From IMG/VR virus record IMGVR_UViG_3300045988_109767, positions 1 through 64,000 of that record: a DNA stretch of 64,000 bases; one strand, 5' to 3'. Positions 38,067 to 46,823 of this stretch are shown piece after piece. Under the pieces are notes generated by a model, which made no database searches, was not told the DNA's origin, and saw only the letters and a list, made by a program, of their open reading frames with translations. The translations under genes and the position numbers were made by a program. This DNA comes from a virus. The first letter of the stretch is position 1; each line of letters starts with the position of its first letter.

Positions 38067-38097
38067 TCGGTATCTTAATCAATTAAAAATAAATGTC

Positions 38098-38754
38098 ATG
38101 GCAGAAATGAAAATAGGTTTTGTAACCTTCAATCCGGGATCAGGTGATGGTGATCAGGCGGTTACCGTATCAGGTGAAAAATACGAAGGTCGTGTACAGC
38201 GTACGTTACAAGTAGAATTTGGTGCCGAATCCGGTGGTGTTAAGAAAAGTGCTACCATAAACCAAGCTGCGGTAGCTGAGTTTGTAAAAATAGATCCTAC
38301 TGCATCAGTAGGAAAAGGAGGTGGTACTGTAACGATCAACGGTACAAGTAACTCAACTAAATTAACGTTCTCCTTAACTCCAGACGAGTCTCATCCTCTG
38401 GCGCTGGAAATACCAGCCTCCTATCAAGCAGCAGGCAAGGCTACCAACAACGGCGCTGTTATTGCCGACGACCCTGGTGCAACAGGGGGCTTTGCTTTCA
38501 GTATCGTATTCTCCGGTATTGCAGCGAACACTAATATAAACGATCTGGTAAATACTCTTAAGGTGACGGCCGCTGGTGGTCAGACAGCTAATACGGTTAT
38601 TACCCAGACAGCAGGTGATCCGTTCTTGGAAATAGACAAGAATGTAATCAACTTGGATGCAAACGGTACTCCTCAGACTATCAATGTTAATTCTAACATC
38701 AGGTGGACTATCACGCAAGCTGTTTCTAAGTTGGTAAGGACAGTAATGAAATAA
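38098..38754 (+). CDS. BACON-domain protein (three Ig-like BACON repeats)
   Basis: LDANGTPQTINVNSNIRWTITQ and FVTFNPGSGDGDQAVTVSG fit the BACON consensus (F.A.GG.QT..VTSN..W.VS); plus strand inside the minus block; about 45% GC against about 34% background. Confidence 0.6.
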   Translation: MAEMKIGFVTFNPGSGDGDQAVTVSGEKYEGRVQRTLQVEFGAESGGVKKSATINQAAVAEFVKIDPTASVGKGGGTVTINGTSNSTKLTFSLTPDESHPLALEIPASYQAAGKATNNGAVIADDPGATGGFAFSIVFSGIAANTNINDLVNTLKVTAAGGQTANTVITQTAGDPFLEIDKNVINLDANGTPQTINVNSNIRWTITQAVSKLVRTVMK

Positions 38755-38773
38755 CAATTACTTACAGAAAAAG

Positions 38774-38804
38774 AAAAGGGGCGTCTATTTGGCGTCCCTT
38801 TTTT
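38774..38804. terminator. bidirectional factor-independent terminator hairpin with a U-tract on both strands
   Basis: AAAAGGGGCGTC-tattt-GGCGTCCCTTTTTT: about 12-bp stem with two G-U pairs, A-run on the 5' side and T-run on the 3' side; the stop codon of the convergent minus gene lies in the loop. Confidence 0.7.
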
Positions 38805-39054
38805 CTATGCATTGTATGTAGTATTTATCTTTTTGCCTACTGACAAAAATCTTTTTTAAAATCATCTGTTTTATAATATGGACTCTTTTCCCGTCATCTA
38901 ATTCCCTCCATATTTCATTAAAGATCAAATCTATTAATTCCATAACCTTCTTATCGGAGACAAGATTCTTCCTACCGGGGCTGACCCATCCATCATCAGT
39001 CATCTTACCGGCTATCCTATTAGCTATTCTACTTAATTCACGTGGGGTGCTCAT
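38785..39054 (-). CDS. hypothetical protein
   Basis: 89-aa ORF whose last six codons are encoded by the terminator stem. Confidence 0.4.
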   Translation of the reverse strand: MSTPRELSRIANRIAGKMTDDGWVSPGRKNLVSDKKVMELIDLIFNEIWRELDDGKRVHIIKQMILKKIFVSRQKDKYYIQCIEKRDAK

Positions 39055-39743
39055 TTTAATTTGTTTTTAAATATTCTACCTTTTTCACACTGAAGAATGC
39101 AGTCTCTCATGGGATGATCTTGTTCGTGATCGTCACACATCGGAAATTCATTTCCATAGGGGAAAGCAATGTGCGGGCACTGCGCCCTGAACGCATCCCA
39201 GGCCGACTTCCTCACAGCCTCAGCCCCGGCACGCACGCCTTTCTCTCTTTCCTTGGCTGGGTCAGCATACACGTTTGAAATAGCTCTTTTCTTCCAAGTA
39301 AGCATATTGTAATAAAACTTATCCACCAGTTTCCTACCCACTACATCAAACTTCTGTCTATGAATTAAAGGTGCGACCTTAACGACGTTCTTCCTATTTT
39401 TACTAACATCGACATAAATCAGACCAGCATAAGACGGAACTTCACTTACGTCAATCATATTAGGAGGACAGGCGTAATAGAAATAGTTTGGAGGATAGCT
39501 TATGACACCACCTACCTTAATAATGCCGTCTTTAAGAACCTTATGTTTTTTATCCTTTTTGAAGTCGTTAAAGAAATCTTGTTTAGACATCTTGACCTCT
39601 ACTTCATAAGCGTACAATGATCTTGTTATGGCCAGGAAGTCAGATTCCCAATCATATATATGGAGATTGTTAATAACATACATCGGATTACTTAACAGAT
39701 CCCTATTAAGGATCTTAAGCATTTGTTGCTCTGGGTAGTTCAT
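39051..39743 (-). CDS. hypothetical protein (possible PD-(D/E)XK-like core WESDF...EVEVK)
   Basis: 230-aa ORF; D...EVK motif is suggestive only. Confidence 0.45.
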   Translation of the reverse strand: MNYPEQQMLKILNRDLLSNPMYVINNLHIYDWESDFLAITRSLYAYEVEVKMSKQDFFNDFKKDKKHKVLKDGIIKVGGVISYPPNYFYYACPPNMIDVSEVPSYAGLIYVDVSKNRKNVVKVAPLIHRQKFDVVGRKLVDKFYYNMLTWKKRAISNVYADPAKEREKGVRAGAEAVRKSAWDAFRAQCPHIAFPYGNEFPMCDDHEQDHPMRDCILQCEKGRIFKNKLK

Positions 39744-39759
39744 TGTCTTACTTTTTTAG

Positions 39760-39831
39760 AGGCTTGTGGCGGAATCGAACCGCCCTACGAGATTTTGCAG
39801 ATCCCTGACTAAACCACTCATCCAACAAGCC
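39760..39831 (-). tRNA. tRNA-Cys (GCA)
   Basis: Manual cloverleaf: acceptor GGCTTGT/ACAAGCC; anticodon stem GGGAT/ATCTC; loop CTGCAAA; T-arm GGCGG-TTCGATT-CCGCC; discriminator U. Confidence 0.7.
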
Positions 39832-39834
39832 ATG

Positions 39835-39906
39835 TAGCCCAACCGGGAGTCGAACCCGGAACTAAAGTTTAGGAAACTTTTGTTATATCCGTTTAACTAC
39901 CAGGCT
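39835..39906 (-). tRNA. tRNA-Arg (CCT)
   Basis: Acceptor AGCCTGG/TTGGGCT with three G-U pairs; D-stem GTTA/TAAC; anticodon stem AAAGT/ACTTT; loop TTCCTAA; T-arm CCGGG-TTCGACT-CCCGG. Confidence 0.6.
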
Positions 39907-39975
39907 ATTTAATGTTTGCTATGTTCACACACCGCAAACATTCAGATAATTAACATTTCCACAAAAACTTAATCG

Positions 39976-40046
39976 TTATCCAAGGAGGATTCGAACCTCC
40001 GCTAACAGAACCAAAATCTGTTGTGCTACCACTACACCATTGGACA
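39976..40046 (-). tRNA. tRNA-Gln (TTG), U1:A72 as in bacterial tRNA-Gln
   Basis: Acceptor TGTCCAA/TTGGATA; D-stem GTGT/GCAC; anticodon stem ACAGA/TCTGT; loop TTTTGGT; T-arm GGAGG-TTCGAAT-CCTCC. Confidence 0.65.
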
Positions 40047-40047
40047 G

Positions 40048-40120
40048 TGGTCCCGGAGGGATTTGAACCCACGATCTTGCGGTTATGAGCCGCCTGCTTT
40101 TACCACTAAGCTACAGGACC
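40048..40120 (-). tRNA. tRNA with CAT anticodon (elongator Met or Ile-lysidine type)
   Basis: Acceptor GGTCCTG/CGGGACC; D-stem GCTT/AAGC; anticodon loop CTCATAA; T-loop TTCAAAT; one mismatch each in the anticodon stem and the T stem. Confidence 0.5.
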
Positions 40121-40159
40121 TTAAAAATATGCAGGAGCCTTCACAGACGCCTGCATATA
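40121..40159 (-). terminator. hairpin plus U-tract on the minus strand, immediately upstream of the tRNA array
   Basis: ATATGCAGG-agccttcacagacg-CCTGCATAT: 9-bp perfect inverted repeat; minus-strand RNA continues UUUUUAA. Confidence 0.45.
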
Positions 40160-40264
40160 ACAGCTAAATATTAACCAATAATTATCCTAAAAACTCTCTC
40201 AACGCAAAGTTAAGTACTAACCTAAAATATGGCAAACTTTAAAACATAAAAAGGATTAAAATAA

Positions 40265-41002
40265 TTATTTCTTTTTCTTCTTCTTTTTAGTGTCTTTTAC
40301 TCGTTCAGCTTCGTTTTCGGGCTCCACAATGTCACCGGCTTCTTCCTGAATCACATCCGTCTCAGGAACAACATCAGACTTCTCTGGTTCTGCCACATCC
40401 TTATTCGACTCCTCATCTTTATCCAATTCCGGCTCAGCGACATCGTTTTTGTCTTTACCGATTATACCTATCTGGTAGCCTCTTAATTCTACTTGCATTA
40501 ATTTCAACTTCGATTCTAACTCCTGTATTGCCTTGGCTCCAACCGAAACCTCATTTTCCAAATCTCCGATTCTGATCCTGGCTTCAATCAATGCATTTGA
40601 TTTCTTTTTTAATTCAAATGATATACTGTTTTTCTTTTCTTCCAAGTTACTGATTTTGTAATTAGCCTCATCAAGATCGGACTTAGCTTTGTCAAGATCA
40701 GCCTTGGCCGCATCAAGTTCTTCCGTTTTCTTCTTGACGCTTTTTATCAGCTTTTTCTGATTTTCCTTCAAGGCGTCAATCTTTTCCTTAGACTCAGAAA
40801 GATCTTTGCCAATAGATAAAATCTCTTTATCCTTTGAAGCGATATCTGACTTAAGTTCGGAAAGCCTTTCCTTGTAAAAATCAGCCTTATCCTGCATTTC
40901 CTCAATTTCTTTTGCAAGATTTTCGGATTTAATAGCTTTCTCCCTGTACATTGACAGCTTGCTGTCTGTGATGAATGTAAAACCTAACATGCTCATTTTC
41001 AA
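40265..41002 (-). CDS. coiled-coil protein with poly-Lys C-terminus
   Basis: 245 aa, Glu/Lys-rich heptads, ends KKKKKKK. Confidence 0.5.
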   Translation of the reverse strand: MKMSMLGFTFITDSKLSMYREKAIKSENLAKEIEEMQDKADFYKERLSELKSDIASKDKEILSIGKDLSESKEKIDALKENQKKLIKSVKKKTEELDAAKADLDKAKSDLDEANYKISNLEEKKNSISFELKKKSNALIEARIRIGDLENEVSVGAKAIQELESKLKLMQVELRGYQIGIIGKDKNDVAEPELDKDEESNKDVAEPEKSDVVPETDVIQEEAGDIVEPENEAERVKDTKKKKKKK

Positions 41003-41014
41003 AATATTTAAACA

Positions 41015-41686
41015 TTACTTAACTCCAGAACTACCAAGACCTTTTTCTCCACGTTCATTTCCGTCTTCTACCTCAATATCTGTCACCTCTTCCAATACCA
41101 TTTTGTATTGTGGAACGATTTCCATCTGAGCTATTCGATCGTTTTTATGGATTACGGTCGGTTTTTTATTGATTTTAGTAAGATTAACCATATACTCTCC
41201 TTTGTAGGTAAATTCGCATTTACCGGGTGCGTTAGTAACTACCACTCCCTCGTCAAAAGAGAATCCTGATCTTCCTTCTACATTCGCACACCATCCTTCT
41301 GGGATATTCAACTTGAAGCCGGTTCCGATTCTAACAGAATAACCTTGATATAAGGTAATTGATTCAAAATCGGAAGGAACATCTATTTCCACTCCCATGT
41401 CATTCACCATCTTCACCACTCTATATGCACGAATATCACAACATGCATCTCCATCATGTTTGTATTCAGGTACCACTACATCAGGATAAAGTTTCTTAAT
41501 ACCTACCTGCACAGTCTTCTGATAACCTGGAGTCAAATAAGATTCAGGTATTTTATTAACAACCTTATCTTCTTTTTTATGTTTGTTGTTCTTTTCAGAA
41601 ACAGTATCCTTCTTGCTATCTTCTTTTTCAGAAAGAAGTCTTTCAATATCTTCTAACTTGTCCATGATCATATTTTTATAGTACAA
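41015..41686 (-). CDS. dut: dUTP diphosphatase (trimeric dUTPase fold) with about 70-aa basic N-terminal extension
   Basis: GDACCDIRA (motif I/II), GRSGF (motif III), DRIAQMEIV (motif IV RIAQ). Confidence 0.6.
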   Translation of the reverse strand: MYYKNMIMDKLEDIERLLSEKEDSKKDTVSEKNNKHKKEDKVVNKIPESYLTPGYQKTVQVGIKKLYPDVVVPEYKHDGDACCDIRAYRVVKMVNDMGVEIDVPSDFESITLYQGYSVRIGTGFKLNIPEGWCANVEGRSGFSFDEGVVVTNAPGKCEFTYKGEYMVNLTKINKKPTVIHKNDRIAQMEIVPQYKMVLEEVTDIEVEDGNERGEKGLGSSGVK

Positions 41687-41916
41687 TAAACAATACCTTC
41701 TTTTTTTATATCCTTCGTTGATTCATAGCACTCATGAAAAGTACTTATGTCTGCATCATTAGGATCATCGACCCACTCATCTCCTTGCTTATATTTTTCT
41801 CTGGTTTCTGAGTAGATCATACATAATTTATCCCCATGCTTCGCCATAATCCTTTCTTCTGTCACTTTCCTACGAAGTTTAATAAGGGGAAATCTTGTAA
41901 CTATTTCTACCATCAT
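41668..41916 (-). CDS. hypothetical protein
   Basis: 82-aa ORF. Confidence 0.4.
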   Translation of the reverse strand: MMVEIVTRFPLIKLRRKVTEERIMAKHGDKLCMIYSETREKYKQGDEWVDDPNDADISTFHECYESTKDIKKEGIVYCTIKI

Positions 41917-41971
41917 TCTACACTATCTTTAAAAGCCCAAGAGATGTTATTCTCCTGGGCTGATGTTTATA

Positions 41972-42919
41972 TTAAAATGGAAGGTCATCTTCTTCCATGG
42001 GAGGGAAGTTCGGCATCTGTGCTTGCGGCTGTGGCTGCGTCTGATGCTGAGGCTTGGTGCTCCTTGTGGTAGGTGCCGGGGCAGGTGCAGCAGGCTGAGC
42101 CGGTGCCTGATACTGTGCTGGCTGTTGAGCAGGCTGTTGGTAATTTTGATACGGAATAGCACTCGGAACAGACTGAGGTTGTTGAACCTGTTGAGGCTCG
42201 GCCGGCTGCTGGGTATAAGTCTGAGGAGCTGTAGGCTCTTGCTGAGTATTTCCTCCTAAACCTAATTTAGCCATTATACCGGCTCTGATGTCTTTAATAG
42301 AAGCATTGAACCTGTTTGAATATTCAGTAATCTTCTGATAAGTAAAGTTGTTTTGAGCTGAATAATCGAGGCTTTTCTTGCCATCAAATCCTGTAACTTC
42401 AACAGGGTCAGGCCAACCATTTACGCCTTTTTTATAAAAACGTTCAACAAGCTGATCTTTTTCTCCGTCTACTCCGGCATATGCGATAATAAGCTCCGAA
42501 GATCCAAACTCGTCATCTTTCTTCTTCTTAAAGACATTGAAATAAATTTCACGACTGAAATCGATGTTTTCGTAGTATTTTACGAAGCTCTTAACAAAGC
42601 CCTTGATATTTCCTTTTTGATTGACGAGAGGTATGGAAATACAATAGTTTTCATTAAGCTCGTAATCTTTCAACACGATAAGGAAATTAGTAACAGTATT
42701 TCCATTAGAGAAAGAGCTTGACTTTAACCCGATGTAGTTAATGTATCCAACTACTCCATTATAATACTCTTTCCAATATCCCGCCGGCTGACCGCTATTA
42801 GGATTTATGTGCTGAACAAAACCTTCTTTTGGTTCGTTACTTTTTTCATACAAGTTACCATCCGAATTAATATACAGATAATAAGTTGTACCAAAACTTC
42901 TGTTTTCTCTAAAAGCCAT
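41972..42919 (-). CDS. SSB-like protein: Gln/Pro-rich disordered linker and acidic C-terminal tip EEDDLPF; N-terminal domain not obviously a canonical OB fold
   Basis: C-terminus ...NFPPMEEDDLPF resembles bacterial SSB DDDIPF; linker of QQPAEPQQVQQPQ repeats. Confidence 0.4.
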   Translation of the reverse strand: MAFRENRSFGTTYYLYINSDGNLYEKSNEPKEGFVQHINPNSGQPAGYWKEYYNGVVGYINYIGLKSSSFSNGNTVTNFLIVLKDYELNENYCISIPLVNQKGNIKGFVKSFVKYYENIDFSREIYFNVFKKKKDDEFGSSELIIAYAGVDGEKDQLVERFYKKGVNGWPDPVEVTGFDGKKSLDYSAQNNFTYQKITEYSNRFNASIKDIRAGIMAKLGLGGNTQQEPTAPQTYTQQPAEPQQVQQPQSVPSAIPYQNYQQPAQQPAQYQAPAQPAAPAPAPTTRSTKPQHQTQPQPQAQMPNFPPMEEDDLPF

Positions 42920-42932
42920 ATTTTTATTTTTT

Positions 42933-44042
42933 TTATAGATTATACAATGTTTGATTTAAGACGTATGTTGATTCGTATTTAGGATTGAACATCTTTATCA
43001 TCTTATACTGATCAGACCAATCCATAACAACATCTCCTTTTATAAGTGATTTTACGGAAGACAGTATATTTTCCTTACCGATAGAAAAATTAAAACACGG
43101 GCCTTCCAGCGCATTAAAAGGCATTGATTCCATTATCTTTTTTCTATTTCCAAAATCCTCAGACATTACTGTTATGCCGTTTTCTTCATCTACCTTAACA
43201 TTGACAACATTATCCACTAAAGTCATGGAATTAAGAACCGATATAAGCAAATCCCTATCGAACTTAACACTCGAAGATTTTTCGAATTTATTACATACGT
43301 ATTCGTAGTTAGGATACTGTTGTTCTACGTTCATATCCGATATAATCACATTATCAAAACATAAAAACGTCCTAATACCATCTGTGGAAATACTGATCTC
43401 CGTATCTTTATCAGATAGAAAGCGGTATAAGATGGAAGCCGCGACCTCGCTTAGCATAATTGACCTTTCTGCTACCGCATTAGCATACTCTTTCCTGTTT
43501 ATAAACAGACGGAACATGTCAGTAGAAACAATGTCAATATAGTCCTTCTTCACATTAAGGAGAATCGAGCATATAGCCGGTCTAAACTCATCCGATCCAA
43601 CAAACGCAAAAGATCTTTTCATAGACTGAATGAAAGACGAGCTCATAACACGAATACCGTCACCTACAGGATAAAAGAAATCAGGGAAAGCCTTATCCTC
43701 AATCCAAGTAGAAGAAAAAGATCCTCTATCGTATTTAAAAACGATACTGTAATCGTTTTTAATCTCTATCTCTATATCCTGGTTATGATTTTTAAAAAAC
43801 GAAATAAGAGTCCCGGCATCTACTAAAAGAGAAAACTTATGGTCACAAGAAATATCAGTATTCACATCGAAAATATCATCCGTATATGTTATACGTTCGT
43901 TCATGGCTTGTATCCGGATATGATCAAAATATAAAGTAATTTTTATATTCGATGTGACACAATCCTTTAAAACCTTATCAAACATCTTTGAAATGTTTGA
44001 AAGTTTCTCATTCATTAGTATGCCAGGAACTCTTACTTTCAT
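42933..44042 (-). CDS. hypothetical protein; size (369 aa) and position suggest a possible sliding-clamp-like protein
   Basis: Only length similarity to DnaN (about 370 aa) and its place between the SSB-like and resolvase genes; no firm motif. Confidence 0.45.
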   Translation of the reverse strand: MKVRVPGILMNEKLSNISKMFDKVLKDCVTSNIKITLYFDHIRIQAMNERITYTDDIFDVNTDISCDHKFSLLVDAGTLISFFKNHNQDIEIEIKNDYSIVFKYDRGSFSSTWIEDKAFPDFFYPVGDGIRVMSSSFIQSMKRSFAFVGSDEFRPAICSILLNVKKDYIDIVSTDMFRLFINRKEYANAVAERSIMLSEVAASILYRFLSDKDTEISISTDGIRTFLCFDNVIISDMNVEQQYPNYEYVCNKFEKSSSVKFDRDLLISVLNSMTLVDNVVNVKVDEENGITVMSEDFGNRKKIMESMPFNALEGPCFNFSIGKENILSSVKSLIKGDVVMDWSDQYKMIKMFNPKYESTYVLNQTLYNL

Positions 44043-44138
44043 TTTTTAAAACTTACGATTATGACTATCTAACACTGCAAATGTATTATTTTAAAATCTA
44101 ATTACGAATTAATTGGATTTAAAATGATTTAAAATAGA

Positions 44139-44672
44139 TTAAATGGTTCTTCTTGCTGCTTCTGCTATAAGCATCGCATCGACTATACCGTCATGGGCTG
44201 TCTTACATCTTTCGTTTTTAACGAACGTATCGTTTGGCCACAGCCTTTTAGCGCAAGCCAATGACGTTTTCTTAGTATTTACCTTACTGGCTTCCATAAC
44301 CTTATCAGAATGCGTCCAAACCAATTTCTGCCATGTTTTAGGGGCTATGAAATTAACGGAGCAACTTATGTCCGTAAATGCCATGCAGAGGGAGAGGAAC
44401 AGCCCATGCAGTTGGCCTTTGTTCTCCATGAGGGAGGCTGTAGAGGACGTGCTGACCCCGTACAGTGCGTGGACGTCCTCTATGACAAATACTACCCTAT
44501 CAGGATTGTTTTCTACGATCGTATCTCGGCAAAAAACATATTCTTTAGTCAAGTCTACTGGTCCTGAAACTGATATTCTTGGAGTGGAGATTCTTGATAT
44601 TAGTTTACTGTCCTGATCGATGCAGGCTATGGCTCCATCTTTTCCTGGATCTGCTGCTATATATAATACCAT
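44139..44672 (-). CDS. RuvC-like Holliday junction resolvase (RNase H fold)
   Basis: N-terminus MVLYIAADPGKDGAIACID resembles the RuvC MIILGIDPG...G motif with the first catalytic Asp; further acidic residues downstream. Confidence 0.45.
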   Translation of the reverse strand: MVLYIAADPGKDGAIACIDQDSKLISRISTPRISVSGPVDLTKEYVFCRDTIVENNPDRVVFVIEDVHALYGVSTSSTASLMENKGQLHGLFLSLCMAFTDISCSVNFIAPKTWQKLVWTHSDKVMEASKVNTKKTSLACAKRLWPNDTFVKNERCKTAHDGIVDAMLIAEAARRTI

Positions 44673-44678
44673 AATATA

Positions 44679-45113
44679 TCAATTTAGATTCATGTCAATT
44701 TTGACAATGCCGTCATCATTGTCAAAACCGCCATTGTCTGTAAGTTCGTAATCAATAGCCACAGCACCGTTACCAAGAATGTAAAATTCTTTAAACATCT
44801 TTCCTATCTCAATAGGATACACGACATTTACGTCCCTTCCAATATCCTCAAACGGCATAGAGATATCTTCTGTTTCAGCTTCTTTTTGTTTTGCTAATAC
44901 ACCAACGGGTATATTTTTACCTTTTATAGATGCGTATGTAACCATATACAGAACATCGTTATTAACAAACGCCCTATCACTACTCACCTTATCCAAGCTG
45001 ACATATATAATGTGTTTTATAAAACTATCGATATCCCCACATATGTTAATAGCTTCTACTTCTTTCGGAATAACGACTTCCACTTCTTCTGGTTTTATAT
45101 TTTTCTTTTTCAT
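44679..45113 (-). CDS. hypothetical protein
   Basis: 144-aa ORF. Confidence 0.45.
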   Translation of the reverse strand: MKKKNIKPEEVEVVIPKEVEAINICGDIDSFIKHIIYVSLDKVSSDRAFVNNDVLYMVTYASIKGKNIPVGVLAKQKEAETEDISMPFEDIGRDVNVVYPIEIGKMFKEFYILGNGAVAIDYELTDNGGFDNDDGIVKIDMNLN

Positions 45114-45358
45114 TGAATTAACATTTTTGTATTTTGTTTTACTTCTTCAACAAGATCCTGATCTTTCATCATCTCTTGCTTAAGTTTCTCATTCTCCTTA
45201 ATTCTTTTCACCCTATCGGCAAGAATCTTTTTGTATCTTTTATCCGAGATCTTTATAAACCAAGGACAGTTCCTTGATGGAATCCTTTTACATGGATAGT
45301 CAGTGAGACCGTTCGGTCCAAACTGCTCGCATCGGTTACATTTCTCTTCGCCCGTCAT
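45110..45358 (-). CDS. hypothetical Cys-containing small protein
   Basis: 82-aa ORF. Confidence 0.4.
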   Translation of the reverse strand: MTGEEKCNRCEQFGPNGLTDYPCKRIPSRNCPWFIKISDKRYKKILADRVKRIKENEKLKQEMMKDQDLVEEVKQNTKMLIQ

Positions 45359-45363
45359 TGTAA

Positions 45364-45666
45364 TTATATTTTAGGAAAACATTCTTCAAGTTCTCTATAA
45401 GAGCACTCTACTACAACAGAATCTCCTTTAGGGAGAAATACCAAAATAGAATCTATAGAAAAAACGCTATCTACTTTCCTTACAAGTTGGCCATGTTTGT
45501 AAGAAGACATGACCAACCTGATTCCATATGAATCCGAATAAGATCCTTTCCTACATGGAAGTATGTTTTCAACAACATAATCAAAACCTCCGACATTAAC
45601 TTCATCGCCGGCACTGATTTCCATAATAGGAATCATTTTGGCTCTTCTATCTATGCTTATTTTCAT
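45364..45666 (-). CDS. hypothetical protein
   Basis: 100-aa ORF. Confidence 0.4.
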   Translation of the reverse strand: MKISIDRRAKMIPIMEISAGDEVNVGGFDYVVENILPCRKGSYSDSYGIRLVMSSYKHGQLVRKVDSVFSIDSILVFLPKGDSVVVECSYRELEECFPKI

Positions 45667-46535
45667 TTAGCTACTTCGAATTTTATTTGCTCCTTTGGTT
45701 CATAATTCCATACCTCAAAATCATCAGCCACAAAATCATAAAATCCTTTCCCTTCCATACGAGACGAGATAGTAACCTGTGGAACCGGCCCGAATAGGGA
45801 TCGACGGAGGAGCTCATTTGCCTGTTCTTCGTGACGGTCATACACATGCATATCTTGTATAAAATGAGTGAAAACTGCGGGCCTTAACCCAGCATCGTGA
45901 GCGAACATCATCATCAACGCCGCATATTGAGCTACATTCCAGTAAGAAGCTGTAATCATATCCTGGCTGCGCTGATAAAGCGTCATATACAACTCATCTC
46001 CTTTAACAGATAAATTGATCTGAAACGCACATTCTTGAAGAGGTTTTAGTCCATTGGTTTCAGGATCGAACATGGATGCTACTATTCTTCTTGACGAACG
46101 ATCATTCTTGAGTGACCAAAGAATGAAGTCTGTTTGGTTAAGAAAACCGTAAAGACCATCATGGATATCTGTCATACCCTCTGGAGCTTTTCCGGTTCCC
46201 ATATAAACATGTCTGTTCACCATATCTCCATAACATCCTTCGATCTTTCCATTATCATCAGCCCACTGATCCCATATATGAAGACCAAGCTCTTTTACGT
46301 CTACCGATCTTTTTTGCCAAATCCACAAAATTTCTTTTATGGAGTTTTTAAGATTAGTAGGTCTAAGTGAACCAAGAGGAAATTCCCGGCGAAGATCGTA
46401 CTGGTTACATACTTGTAGGATGCGCTTCACCTTGACGCCTGTCCCGTCACCGTAGACCGGTCGCTTTACCTCTTCCCACGGCTGGCTCATTATAAGAGCC
46501 AAATTGTCTTGAAATATTTTATCTACTCTTGCCAT
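45663..46535 (-). CDS. thyA: thymidylate synthase family enzyme (ThyA fold; dUMP-specific Asn present)
   Basis: Blocks SIKEILWIWQ, IWDQWADDNG..CYG, SSRRIVASMFD, PLQECAFQINL (catalytic Cys), LYQRSQDM, ASYWNVAQYAALMMMFA align residue for residue with E. coli ThyA. Confidence 0.8.
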   Translation of the reverse strand: MARVDKIFQDNLALIMSQPWEEVKRPVYGDGTGVKVKRILQVCNQYDLRREFPLGSLRPTNLKNSIKEILWIWQKRSVDVKELGLHIWDQWADDNGKIEGCYGDMVNRHVYMGTGKAPEGMTDIHDGLYGFLNQTDFILWSLKNDRSSRRIVASMFDPETNGLKPLQECAFQINLSVKGDELYMTLYQRSQDMITASYWNVAQYAALMMMFAHDAGLRPAVFTHFIQDMHVYDRHEEQANELLRRSLFGPVPQVTISSRMEGKGFYDFVADDFEVWNYEPKEQIKFEVAK

Positions 46536-46610
46536 ATTCTTATTAGGTACTTATATACTATAGTATCACCATCTCAAGGTTATGCCAACAAACAAGAATC
46601 ATTAAAAATT

Positions 46611-46811
46611 CTAAGAGGAATGGTTATAAAGACGATTAATTTCTTCTTGTTCTAAACACGGACCACCTACAACTTTCTCTGTCACTTTTCTTTGTCTAAC
46701 AAAATCTTCAGCTTCGGAAAAAGTTGTAGCATAAATATATCCACCATACTTTTCTCCATTGATTTCAAATTCTGTCACAAACTTCTTTTGTTTTTCTTCT
46801 TTTGTTTTCAT
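46611..46811 (-). CDS. hypothetical protein
   Basis: 66-aa ORF. Confidence 0.4.
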   Translation of the reverse strand: MKTKEEKQKKFVTEFEINGEKYGGYIYATTFSEAEDFVRQRKVTEKVVGGPCLEQEEINRLYNHSS

Positions 46812-46823
46812 AACTACATTTTT

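Noticed and set aside
42933-44042. Confident call of a DnaN-type sliding clamp
   Set aside because: Only length and genomic context fit. No clamp motif could be recognised by eye, so it is listed as hypothetical with a note.
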